The position numbers and the translations under genes were made by a program. A DNA stretch of 63,441 nt, counting the filler, from Chiloscyllium plagiosum (taxonomy: Eukaryota), in the NCBI RefSeq assembly GCF_004010195.1. It is 3 parts of one record of this genome, joined end to end, with 100 filler letters (N's around TTAATTAATTAA, not from the genome) between each part and the next. Parts side by side here need not be neighbours in the genome. Positions count along the whole stretch, not along the records: positions 1 to 31,197 come from NC_057713.1; 2 more parts are not named here. One strand, written 5' to 3'. Numbering within the stretch: the stretch's first letter is position 1; the number at the start of each line of letters is the position of its first letter. Under the pieces are notes generated by a model, which did not search any database, was not told the DNA's origin, and worked only from the letters and a program-made list of their open reading frames with translations. Positions 1-12,099 of this stretch are shown one piece after another.

Positions 1-630
1 TCACTATCTCCCTGGGTCCCACCCCCCCACCTTACTAGTTTAAATCCTCCCAAGTAATTCTAGCAAATTTCCCTGCCAATATATTAGTCCCCTTCCAATT
101 TAGGTGCAATCCGTCCTTCTTGTACTCCAAAAGAGATTCCAATGATCCAAAAATGTGAATCCTTCTCCCATACATGCTCCTCAGCCATGCATTCATATGC
201 TTTATCCTCCTATTCCTGCCCTCACTAGCTCGTAGCACTGGGAGTAATCCAATTATTACCGTTGAGGACCTCCTTTTTAAATTTCTGCCTAACTCTCTGT
301 AATCTCCCTTCAGAGTCTCAACCTTTTCCCTTCCAATGTCATTGGTTCCAATGTGGACAATGACCTCCTGCTTTCCCCTCTCCCCCGTGAGAATATTCTG
401 CACCATCTCTGAGACATCCTTGATCCTAGCATCAGGGAAACAACACACCATTCTGCTTTTTCTCTGCTGGCCACAGAAACGTCTGTCTGTACCTCTGACT
501 ATAGAATCCCCTAACACAATTGATCTCTTGGAAGCCGATGTACCCCTCGTTGCATTCGAGCCAATCTCAATACCAGAAACCTTGCTGTTCGTGCTACGTT
601 CCCCTGAGAATCCATCACCCCCTACACCTT
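1..630 (-). mobile_element. CR1 LINE ORF1 fragment (SGNH/GDSL esterase domain)
   Basis: ORF 35-517: GDSIVRG...VIVHIGTNDIG...DGLHLN, the SGNH blocks typical of CR1 ORF1. Confidence 0.85.
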
Positions 631-999
631 CTGAGAACTTGAAGAATTTCCAGAAATCAGTATTTTAACTTTCTCTGAGAACTGAACAGTTAACTTCCAT
701 GAAGAGACTTGTATTTAAACAATACATCTAAATTAGTTTGATCTAAGGATTCTACCACTGTCAGTATTATGAACTCGATGACAGGAAGTCCACTAGACTG
801 TGAGAGTTTTTCCCTTTTTTTTGTCCTTAGAGTTCTGAATCCTTGATCCTGTAAGGTGTTTTCCCATTTTCTTTCTTAAATAAAAAAAAACACATAATTT
901 CTGCAGAGTTTTATTGCCTTGTCTGTTGTGTTATTTTGTGTGTCTGAAATTAAGGGGATTTAGTTTAATTCTGCATAGCTGCATAGTTGTTCATCAATT

Positions 1000-1392
1000 T
1001 TGCCATTTATCATGCACGTAGCAGCCATGTGCACTACCTACAAGGTGTACTGCAGAAATTCATCAAAGATCCTCAAAGAGCACCTTCCAAACCCATAACC
1101 ACTTCCATCTATAAGGTCAAGGACCAGCAGATACATGGGAACATCATTACCTTCAAGTTTGTCTCCAAGCCACTCACCATCGTAAATTGGAAATATATCA
1201 CCATTCCTTTGATGTCAATGGGTCAAAATCCTGGAATTACCTCCCTAATGACATTATGGGTCAACCCATAGCAGATGTATTACAGCAGTTCAAGAAGGCA
1301 GCCCACCATCACATTCTCAAGGGCAACTAGGGACAGGCAATAAATGCTGGCCCAGCCAGCAATGCCCACATCCCACAAATGAATTTAAAAAA
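1000..1392 (+). mobile_element. 3' end of a CR1-like LINE (called family B here)
   Basis: Tail gggcaactaggga..caataaatgctggcccagccagc..cccacatcccac recurs at 15600 (-), 37400 (-), 38080 (+) and 49200 (+). Confidence 0.7.
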
Positions 1393-3469
1393 GAATGATT
1401 TCAAGAAGGAGTTAGATATAGCTCCTAGATCTAAAGGGATCAAGCGATATGGAGTGAAAACAGAAACATGGTACTGAATAGCATGATCACCAACTATCAT
1501 ATTGAATAGCAGGGCAGGCTGAAAAGGTCGAACTGCTTACTCCTGCTTCTATTTTCCATGTTTCTATGTATTATGTCAGGCCACCATAAGGCCATAAGAC
1601 ATAGGAGAAGAAGTAGGCTATCTGGCACATTAGGTTTACTCCACCATTCAATCATGGTTGATATGATAGTCCTTACGCTCACTTTCCTGCCTTTTCCCCA
1701 TGACCCTTCATTCCCTTCCTGAATGCAAATCTGTCTATTCAGCCTTGAATATTCTTAAAGCTTATTATTACTCCTGAGAGAAGGAATTCCTCCTCATCTC
1801 TGCCTTACTTTGGCAATCCCTTACTCTGAGATTATGCCTTATGGTCCTAGCCTCTCTCATAAGGGCAAACAACCCCCTTGCATTTACCCTGTCAAGGTCC
1901 TTTTAGAATCTTGCATGTTTCAATAAGGTCACTTTCATTCTTCTAAACTCCAATGTGTACAGGTCAAAGCTACTCATACTCTCTTCTTAAGAAAGTCACT
2001 CACTGACAGGGTTTAACCTAGTGAACCTTCTGTGAGCTACCTCCAATGCCAGCATATTGTTACTCAGATAAGGGGATTAACACTGGTCATAGTGCAGAGG
2101 GAGGAGGGAGTGAATGTTTGTGGGTGTGGTGCCAATCAAACAGGTTGCTTTGTCTTGGATGGTGTCCAGCTTCATAAATGTTGTTGGTGCTACACCCATC
2201 CAGGCATGTGAGGAATATTCCATCAAATACTCTTGACTTGTGTTTTGTTGATGATGGGCAGGCTTTGGGGAGACAGGAGGTGAATTACTTGTCATAGTAT
2301 TCCTTGCCTTCGGCCTGCTCTTGTAGCCACTGTGTTTATGCGATGATTCCACTTGGGTTTCTGGTCAATGGTAACCCCAGGATGCTGATAGTGGGGAAAT
2401 TCGGTGATGGTAACACCATTGAATGTCAAGGGTGATGTTTAGATTATCTCTTCTTGATGATGGCCATAACCTGGCATTTGTGTGGGGTGAATGTTACTTA
2501 CTACTTTTCAGCTGAAACCTTGAATATTGTCCAGATCTTGTTGCACTCCAACATGGAGTGCTTCAGTATCTGAGGAGTCAAGAATGGCACTGAACATCGT
2601 GCAATCATCGGTGAACATCTGGCCTAATGATGGTGGCAAGATCATTGATGAAGCAGCTGAAGATGGTTGGGTCAATGACATTTACCCTGAGGAATTCCTG
2701 CAGCATTCTGGAACTGAGATGACTGACCTCCAACAACCATGACCATCTTCCTATCTGCCAGGTATGACTCCAACCAACAGAGAGTTGGGTCCCTGGTACC
2801 CATGAATTCCAGTTTTGCTAGAGCTCCTTGATGTCACATTCAGTTGAATATAGCCTTGATGTCAAGAGCTGTCACTCTCTGGAATTTAGTCCTTTTGTCC
2901 ATGTTTGAACCCAGGCTGTAAGGAGGTCAGGAGCTGAGTGGCCCTGGCGAAACCCAAACTAGGGATCACGGAGCAGGTGATTGCTGAGCAGGTGCTGCTT
3001 GGCAACACTATTGATGACATCTCCTGTCACTTTACTGATGAGTGAGTGTAGACTGATAGGGCAATAATTAACTGGGTTGGATTGTCCTGATTTTTGTGTA
3101 CAGGACATAATTTTCTACATTTCAGATAGGTGCCAGTGTTCCAACTGGAATAGCTTGGCTAGGGGAGCAGCAAGTTCTGGAGCAGAAGTCTTCAGTACAA
3201 TTGCCGAAGTGTTGTCAGAGCCAATAGCCTTTCCAGTTTTCAGTGTCTCCAACTGTTTCTTGCTATCATGCAGACTGAATCAAAATTGTTGAAGACAGGA
3301 ATCTGTAATGCTGCAGGCCACTGGAAGAGGCCAAAATAAATCATCCACTCGCACATCAGGCTGGAGATTGCTGCAAATCCTACAACCTTCTCTTTTGCAC
3401 TGATGTGTTGGGCTCCTTGAGCCCCCTCCTCTAGTGAGTTGTTTAAATGTCCACCATCATTCACAACTG

Positions 3470-4813
3470 ATTAAGAATAGCCAGCATAGAATTTTGCAAG
3501 GGAAATTATGTCTCACAGACTTGATTCAGTTTTTTGACCAAGTGTCCAAAAGGATTGATGAGAGCAAAATGGTAGGCGTTGTTTACATGGACTTTCGTAA
3601 AGCCTTTGACAAGATTCTGCATGGTAGATTAATTAATAAAGTTAGATTACATGGGAATCAGGGAGAGCCTGCCAATTGGATACAAAATTGGCATAATGGT
3701 AAGAAACAGAAGGTGGTGCTGGAGCGTTATTTTTCAGACTTCAGACTAGTCAGGAATTTATTAACTGGCAGAGCAGGTTCAAGGGGCTAAATTACTGACT
3801 CTTGTTTTGAGTTCTTAATTTCTCTATGATTGGAGGACTGTAGCCAGCCATGTTTCATAGGTACTGGGTCCACTTTCGTTTGGCATTTATATAAATGATT
3901 TGGATGAAAATTTAGAAGACATGGTTAGTAAGCTTGCAGATGACACCAAAATTGGTGGTGTGGTGGACAGTGAAGAAGATTATCCAAGATTACAAAGAGC
4001 CCTTAATCAATTGGATCAATGGGCTGAGGAATGGCAGATGGAGTTTAATCGGTGTAAATGCAACGTATTGCATTTTGGTAAAACAAACAAGAGCTGGTCT
4101 TATATAATTAGTGGTGGTTTTGCCGAACAGAGGGAGCTAAGGATGCAGGAACATAATTCTTTGAAATTTGCATCACATGGAGACTGTGTGGTTAAGAAGG
4201 TGCTTAGCATGTTTGCTTTCATTGCTCAGACCTTTGAGTAAAGGAGTTGGGATATCATATTGAAGTTGTACAAGATGTTGCTGAGGCCTCTTCTGGAGTA
4301 CTGTACAGTTCTGGTTGCCCTGCTATAGGAAGGATATTATTAACCTGAAATGGGTTCAGGATGTCACTGGGCATGAAAGGTTTGAGTTATAAAGCTAGGC
4401 TGGATAGACTAGGACATTTTTCACTGGAGTGTAGAAGGTTGAGGGGTGACCTTATAGAGATTTTTAAAATCATGAAGGGCCTAGATAAGGTGAATAGCAA
4501 GGATCTTTTCCCTAGGGTGGGGGAATTCAAAAGTAGGGGACATATATTTAAGGTGAGAGAAAAAAGATTTAAAAAGGACATGAAGGGCAACGTTTTTATA
4601 CAGACAGTAGAATGAACTGCCAGAGGAAGTGATGCATGCAGGTACAGTTACAACTTTTAAAAGACATTTGGATAAATACATGAATATAAAAGATTTGGAG
4701 GGATGTATCCCAAATACAGTCAAGTGGAACTAATTTGGTTTGGGAACATGGTCAGTGTGGACTAGCTGGACCAAAGGGTCTGTTTTCATGCTGTATGCCA
4801 CTATGAGTCTATA
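3470..4813 (+). mobile_element. 5'-truncated CR1 LINE (ORF2 reverse transcriptase to 3' tail)
   Basis: VYMDFRKAFDK, SKLADDTKIGG, RRLRGDLIE motifs; ctatg-type tail. Confidence 0.9.
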
Positions 4814-4916
4814 ATGTGGCAGGACTGCAGAGCTTAGATCTGATCCATTAGCTGAGGGATTGCTTATCTCTGTCTATCATTTGCTGCTTAGGCTATTTGG
4901 CATGGACATAGTCCTG

Positions 4917-5663
4917 GAAATTTGTTGCTGGAAAAGCGGAGCAGGTCAGGCAGCATCCAGGGAACAGGCGAATCGACGTTTCGGGCATAAGCCCTTCTTC
5001 AGGAATGAGGAAAGTTTGTCCAGCAGGCTAAGATAAAAGGTAGGGAGGAGGGACTTGGGGGAGGGGTGTCGGANNNNNNNNNNNNNNNNNNNNNNNNNNN
5101 NNNNNNNNNNNNNNNNNNNNNNNNNNNNNNNNNNNNNNNNNNNNNNNNNNNNNNNNNNNNNNNNNNNNNNNNNNNNNNNNNNNNNNNNNNNNNNNNNNNN
5201 NNNNNNNNNNNNNNNNNNNNNNNNNNNNNNNNNNNNNNNNNNNNNNNNNNNNNNNNNNNNNNNNNNNNNNNNNNNNNNNNNNNNNNNNNNNNNNNNNNNN
5301 NNNNNNNNNNNNNNNNNNNNNNNNNNNNNNNNNNNNNNNNNNNNNNNNNNNNNNNNNNNNNNNNNNNNNNNNNNNNNNNNNNNNNNNNNNNNNNNNNNNN
5401 NNNNNNNNGTGGCTGAAGAGCTTCTGTGCAGAGGAGATGACCTGGGGGGTGCAGTGAGAGAGGGACTCACTGAAATCCTTGTAGAGGGAGGAAGAGAGCT
5501 TCTTCAAGGAAGGCATCCTTGTAAGAGGATTCGCAGTAGGTTGAAATCTTTGAGGAGAAAGTAGTTGAGGAATCCGGAGTGTGGGGGTAAGTACATGAAG
5601 GTTTTTGGTACTTACTGTCTTTTAGTTGAGGAATCCGGAGTGTGGGGGTAAGTACTTTCTCCT
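4917..5663 (-). mobile_element. Penelope-like element fragment with hammerhead motif (contains an assembly gap)
   Basis: 16-bp TSD catggacatagtcctg at 4901-4916 and 5664-5679. Terminal repeat sequence shared with 24337, 43758, 46144 and 62409. Confidence 0.75.
4975..5002 (-). ncRNA. Minimal type-I hammerhead ribozyme motif (PLE-type)
   Basis: Minus strand CTGAAGA-A-GGGC-TTAT-GCCC-GAAA-C-GTC: intact core, 4-bp stem II, palindromic short stem III (ACGT), GUC cleavage triplet. Stem I pairing is weak. Confidence 0.7.
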
Positions 5664-5929
5664 CATGGACATAGTCCTGTTTGGTAGCTTCACCAGTTTG
5701 ACACCTCATTTTAACGTATGCCTGGTGTGCTCCTGGCATGCTCTCCTGCTCCAGAGTTGATTCCCTAGCTTGATGATAATGGTTGAGCCAGGCTATAAAG
5801 TTATAGATTGTGCCTGAATACAATTCTGCTGACGTTTGACAGCGCACAACATCTCATGGATATAGTCTTGAGTTGCTAGATCTGTTTGAAGTCTGTGCCA
5901 TTTAGCATGGTGACAGTGCCACACAACAG

Positions 5930-7120
5930 TTGCCTCAACTGCTTTATGTGGCAGAGAACTCCACAGGCTCACCACTCTCTGGGTGAAGAGATCTTTACTT
6001 ATCTCAGACCTAAATGACCTACCCTGTTTTCTTTACTTACCTCAGACCTAAATGACCATTATCCCTAGTTCTGGACTCCCTGGTCATTGGGAACATTCTT
6101 CCTGCATTTTCCTTGTGTAAAACATTTAACGGTATCTATGGGATTCCCCCTCATTCTTCTAAATTCCAGTTAATATAATCCTAACCAATCCAGTCTGTCC
6201 GCATCTGTCAGTGCTGCATCCTAAGAATCAGTCTGGTAAACCTTTGTTGCACTCCCCCTAAAGCCAGGACATTCTTCCTCAAATAAGGAGACCAAAACTG
6301 CACATGGATCACCAAGGCCTTGCACAATTGTAACAAGACATCCCTGTTCCTGTACTCAGATCCTCTTGCTATAAAAGTCAACATGCCACTTGCCTTCTTC
6401 ATCACCTCCAGCAGCTGGTGTAAAAGAACACTCAGGTCTTCATCACACCTTTTCCTTTCCCAATCCATCACCACAGATAATAATCTGACTTCCTCCTTTT
6501 GCTACCAAAGTGAATAATATCACATTTAAGAGTAGGTGATGGCCTAGTGGTATTATTGCTAAATTGTTAATTCAGAAATCAAGGTAAAGTTCTGGGGATC
6601 TGAGTTTGAATCCCACCATGGCAGATGGTAGAATTTGAGGTCAATAAAAATCTGGAATTAGGAGTCCATAGAAATCTGGAATTAAGAATGATCATGAAAC
6701 TATTGTCGATAGTCAGAGAAAACCCAGTTGGTTCACTAAATGTCCTTTAGGGAAGGAAATCTTAGCTAGTCTGGCCTACTTGGTAACTTCAGACCCACAG
6801 CAATGTGATTGACTCTTTAATGCCCTGTGAGCAATTCGGGATGGGCAATGAATGCTGGCCTAGCTAGTGACACCCACATCCCATGAATAAATTTACAAAA
6901 GTTATCCCTTCTTCTGTCATACCCACTCACTCAACTTGTCCAAATCACATTGAAGCATCTCTACATCTTCTTCCAATTCTTCTTCTTCACTACATCTTCT
7001 TCACTGTTCACCTTCCCCACTAGCTCTGTATTGTCTGCAAATGTGGAGGTATTATTTTTAGTTTTCTCATCTAAATCATTAATATATATACCTGGGGTCC
7101 TGGCATTGATCCATGTGGCA
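5930..7120 (-). mobile_element. CR1 LINE fragment interrupted by a SINE
   Basis: LLQLCKALV...VQFWSPYLRK...QRFTRLI. Confidence 0.8.
6530..6899 (+). mobile_element. tRNA-derived SINE whose 3' tail matches LINE family B
   Basis: A-box-like tggcctagtgg, B-box-like gagtttgaatcc, tail gcaattcgggatgggcaatgaatgctggcctagc..cccacatcccatgaat. Confidence 0.7.
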
Positions 7121-7447
7121 ATTAATGCTAGCCTACCCAGTGATGACTAAATCCTATGAATGATTAGAAAAATTTGCTTGAATGACACAAGGGCTTAAAG
7201 CAGCTTATGACCCAGTGATCTCAGTAGAAATGGGTGACAACAAATACACTGGACTGTAGTTTCTTCAGACTAATAAATAGTCTGTGGCTCTGGATCATAG
7301 CAAGTGGCACAACCTTGTGGAGTGGCTTTTATCTAAAGAAATTAAACAAAAATTAAAAATAAGATTTATCAAAAGCAGTTTTGTCCGGTTAGGATTAATT
7401 CTTTCTAGTTTTATTCTTGATTTATGTTCCCTTTTTTTGTGATTTAG

Positions 7448-7656
7448 CACTCCTCCACTAAAAGCATCAATGTTTGAAGTGTTCAAAAATGAAAAAGGAC
7501 GTGAAATTAATCGTATCTTAATGGAGAATAAAAGTATTCTTAGTATGAAAAGGAAGAGTGTGAAGGAGCTGACTGAAAGGATCAACAACATTAAGGAGGA
7601 AATTGACATCAGTAACCAGGCACTCAATCTCAAGAAACAGGAGCGTCAGCATCAAG
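7448..7656 (+). CDS. KIF9: Kinesin-like protein KIF9, internal coding exon (C-terminal coiled-coil region)
   Basis: Acceptor tttttttgtgatttag|C, donor CAAG|gtaatg. Encodes TPPLKASMFEVFKNEKGREINRILMENKSIL...NLKKQERQHQ, resembling recalled human KIF9 AFEEFKNEQGSEINRIFKENKSIL. Phase-compatible with the next exon. Confidence 0.93.
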
Positions 7657-7701
7657 GTAATGCCACAGGACGGTGAGCAGTTTCTTTGACACAAACAGCA
7701 T

Positions 7702-7971
7702 CATAGAATCCCTACAGTACAGAAAGTGACTATTTGGCCCATCAGGTCTGCACCAACCTTCCAAAAATCATTCCACCCAGACCCAGTCCCCTCCATCCAA
7801 TCCCCCTAACCTGTACATCTTTGGACAGTGGGAGGAAATTGGCACAACCAGTGAAAATCCACACCAACACAGGGAGAATATGCAAACTCCACACAGTTAG
7901 ATACCCAGAGCTAGATTTGAACCTGGTTCACTAGCACTGTGAAGCAGCAATGCTAACTGGGCCACCTTGCC
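7702..7971 (-). mobile_element. HE1/V-SINE-type SINE
   Basis: Reverse complement contains gtgtggagtttgca..ttctccctgtgt, a tRNA-like head and a gattctatga tail. Confidence 0.8.
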
Positions 7972-8455
7972 AATTTAGCACTACAATTATTCTACAGTTT
8001 CTGCTCTTCATTATCATGCTGCTCCTTCAACTCTAAGTTGACTTTTAAAAAAAATTATTTTGTGGTAGTGGATTTCATGAGAGAAGCTGACATTGACTGT
8101 CCATCCCTAACTGCTCTGAGGAGGTAGAAACTCCTGAGTCACTTCGAAGGGTAGTCAAGCCAATTATATTGGTCTTGGACTGGACTCACCCAGGCCATTC
8201 TGGATAAGAATGACACACTACTTCGCTAAAGAACATCAGAAAACTGATTGCATTTCTGTGACAATCTGATTGCTTCACTGTCCCTTTCTCTTAAAACTGA
8301 ATTTAAGTAATCAACCTGCATGGTGAAATTTCCAGTGACACTCTCTGGATAACTTGTCAAGTGATCTAAGCACTAATCAAATAAATTTGTGTGAATATCA
8401 GGTATAGATCTGTCTGGTCTGTGATAGGACTGCAGTGGAGTAACTCACAGACACT

Positions 8456-9111
8456 TGTTATGAAGATGTGGGTGTACTGTACCTTTAAGATAGTTAAAAG
8501 CTAGTATAATTACCTGACAGCACCAAATGCTCTGAACAAGATACAATGTAACATGTCATCTAGCTAGTTCCTGGAGACACAAACAGATTTGAATTAGGCC
8601 AATCAATCTAAATTATACCCCAAAAAATACCAACTTCCATTCAAGTTTGAATTGAGTATATTGGCAATCTTAAAAACTGGGAAAATCGAACAGTTGGGAA
8701 GAGAACTGCCACAAGACCAACAGATGTAGACTGCTAGTCAGAACTTCTGAGAGGTGCCTGTCTAGGGAAGGAGTTTGCACAGAGAAAAACATCAACACCG
8801 ACCTGGGGAGCAAATCTACAAAGAGAAGTTTGACAGCTGGCTGGTTTTGAAATTTGAATTTTTCAGTAAACCTTAATCAGGGGTTTTATCATATTACTAT
8901 TATAGAAGGGAAAGTAAAAGATAGGTTAGAGGAAGGAATTGTAAATAGTTGTTAGATAATTATTCTCTGTTATACTTTAAGAAATAAAGCTGTTAACTTT
9001 TACTTTAAATAGCTCTTGGTCTCTCGAATTTTCACAAATTACTGCACGGGATAAATCTTTTCTGTGTTGCTGGTTTAAATTAAGCAGAAGGGTTTACCCC
9101 ATGTCGTAACA
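8456..9111 (+). mobile_element. Solo LTR (Gypsy-like)
   Basis: TGTTATGA...TCGTAACA inverted termini, 4-bp flanks cact/tact (one mismatch), internal AATAAA near 8983. Confidence 0.7.
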
Positions 9112-9842
9112 TACTCATTGTCTTTGTTTCCTTGGCTGGTATATCAATGTAGTTAAAATCTTTAGCTAATGCTATCTTAAATAAACTGACTCTAGCCTGG
9201 AAACAAATACAGATAAAACTGATGGGATTGATATTTCTAATACTGTTAGGTCAAGTTACAAATTGTCCAGTGTACAACTTTATAATCTCACTGTTAGAAG
9301 GATGAAGAGGGTTTTGTTAAAACCACGTTATCAGCTCTACTGGCCCAGTGCTTCAGTGGATAAACAAAGATGATACAATTTCAATCCTAGTCTAAATTGA
9401 GTTAGCTAGTTAAATAAAAGCATCAAGTCTTGCACCACATTTGAACTCCACACTGCTATGCTTAAGGTTAGGGATGGGGATGCCAGGGTTCCTGTTTCTG
9501 ATCACTATCTGACAAATCCCACTGGTAGAAGAGAATTAGACTGTGTGTAATGATTTCCATGATCAAATACTTAATGCCAGACACTTGCAGACTTGTGTGA
9601 AGAATGATGACTTGGATAATGCTGTGAATGATAAAGTTAAACTTTTGTCAGATATAACAGCCAATGTACTTCATTACCTGCGACCTGTAAAACTGTATGT
9701 GATTCATTACCAAAGTTCAACTTAACTCATTCTCATATTTTTCTCAAAATCTGTCATTGCGTTTACAAGATTAATCAACTAAGGACATAGTCCAAAAATT
9801 GACAGATCTTGTTTGATTATTGGTCCTTTCAACACCTAACAG

Positions 9843-10022
9843 GTGATTACCTGAATGAACAAGGTGATCCAGTGATCGATGAAGATGAGTTCAACTTGGT
9901 CATGCAATTGAAGGATTTGAAACACCAATACCGGCACGACTTTGATACTTTGCGAGACCTGAAGGTGGAGCTCCAATACTGCCACAAGCTGGTGGACCAG
10001 TGTAGGCTGCGGCTGTTAACAG
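9843..10022 (+). CDS. KIF9: KIF9 internal coding exon
   Basis: Acceptor cctaacag|GT, donor ACAG|gtaagg, 180 nt, phase 1/1. Encodes GDYLNEQGDPVIDEDEFNLVMQLKDLKHQYR...ELQYCHKLVDQCRLRLLT, matching KIF9 IIDEEEF..LKDLKKQYR..QYCQHLVDQCRHRLL. Confidence 0.95.
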
Positions 10023-12099
10023 GTAAGGGAAGACTACACAGCTCAAAAATATGCTGAGATTTCAACTGCAGCAGTTACAGTGATCAGGAATATCATTATT
10101 TGCAAGAAAAAAATATAACCATGTTTAAGTTACTCAGTGAATGCTCAGCTAATGGTAGTATTGTTCTGTTGGAGTGGTTATACTTCAGATGAGAGATTGT
10201 TTCTATTTTCATTGGCTCAGATAGATTTGAAAGTTACTGTAGTACTATTGAAAGAAGATTAGAAAAATGTACTGGCCAACATTCCTCCCTTGATCATAAA
10301 CAGATTTCCTAGTTATACGTCATTGCACTGTCTGAAAATTCTTGCTTTGCATACAAAAGATTGTCAGATAACTCGGGTTTGAGATAGTTTGAGACATTTC
10401 TGAGACACATGACAAGTTACAATATAAATATAATGCCTTACAAAACCAGTTAGACTAGAAAATCACAGGTATACTCTTCGATCTTCTGTGTATGACCAAA
10501 CATTGAGTATCTCTGAATGCTCTCATTAATGCCAATGAAGGGTCACTTTATGCTCATAGTTTACAGTATATTCCAATGATAAACGTTCGTATGGAGAGCT
10601 TTGTGATTCTAAGTAGAGACCTAACAGATGTTGGCAGGTTTCTTAATGACCCAGCATGTATTCACGTTACTCAAAGTGAGATATGAAGGGAAGGAGTTCA
10701 TCCTATAAATCTAAATTGCATAAATTGCAATCCATATAAAATTAAACAGTAAATAAACTGTCTAGCATTAATTTAATTGGTGTATCATGTAAACATTTGC
10801 AAACTCTGATGACATATCTATTAATCTTCAATTAACACAAGGAATTATGCCCTCCCCCATTCCCCATGCCAATGATATAACTCTAGTAGTAACACTAGCA
10901 AGTTTCTCCTCATAGTCACAAATTCAGAGTTAAGAACTTAAACCCAGTAGTTGCACCCAACATACAAATTTCTACTGCACTTCTCTGAGGTCACAAAGGA
11001 CCAATTCCTTCATTCAAAATCCACAAAGTGGTCAAAGTATAAAGCAACTATGAATGGGAGTCAGTTAGAAAATTAGATAGCATATTTAAAGTGTTGATAC
11101 ACACTCAGAGGGACAGAAAAGAGGAGACAAGAATGCAATTCATTTTGCAGACATTGAGAGGATGATAAGCTAAAATGTGAATTGGGAAACATCAAGAAAG
11201 CTGCTGAAATATACCATGCAAAAGCAATCACAGAATAGCTAAATTGCTTCTTTAGTCATACAGCTGAGCCTCCAATCACCATGTTAAAAATAACCAGGAA
11301 CTTTCCACTCTCCATATCTCTAAAGCACAGAAAATCAAAAGCTTTGTAGCTAAGCTCTATCCTTGAATGCACAGTAGCTAGGGTTGATTATAGCTGCTAA
11401 AGTCCAAATTATTGACCTTCCATCAGGCAAAAAGACCAGATTCTCCCTGAACTGATCATAAATTGCAGAAGTTGCTGGGGCAACTATATGTATATCATAT
11501 AGTTGCCCCAGCCTCTATCACTTTATCACATTAAAAGGGGAAGAACCCTTTTAACCTCATGGTTAGGCATTATAAAAGATAGTCATCCTTAGTATTGTAT
11601 TCCCAAATTAATCTGAATTCACACAAGTAAATCTTCTCATTGGCCACAATACAATCCATCCCTACATCCTGCTTCTGGTTGTGGTAATGTCTTACAGCAT
11701 TTATAAAGAAGCAATTCCAGATGACATTAAAAATATAAGCTAGAGTTGACCATATTTCTTTGCTATTCAGTAACATCATGGTTTATTATCTATCACAACT
11801 GCTCTTTCCTACCTGATCCTCATATTCCCCACTTCTCTTCTATTCCAAGAATCTATAGATATCAGCCTTGAATATACTCATTGATTGATCATCTACAGTC
11901 CTCACAAGAAGATTCATAACTTTCTGAATGGAAGCATTTCTCCTCATCTCAGACCTAGTTAGTTAAGCGCTTTTCCTGAGACTATGGTTTTGTTAAAATT
12001 ATGAGCATATCATTTGGAATTGTTTCTTTAATAAGGTAAAATGAAGTGGGTCATGTGACTGATCTGGCGTCCACCTGACAGCAAGCCTGGTTACTGAGA

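Larger units (their letters stand above)
2076..5930 (-). mobile_element. Degenerate CR1-like LINE (family B), interrupted by a CR1 (3470-4813) and a PLE (4917-5663)
   Basis: RT C-terminal remnants (KLDTIQDKATCLIG). Colinear with the copy at 43970-46105 and resumes after each insertion. Confidence 0.7.

Noticed and set aside
4946..5564. Long ORFs in several frames (also 21198-22208)
   Set aside because: Artefacts of N runs.
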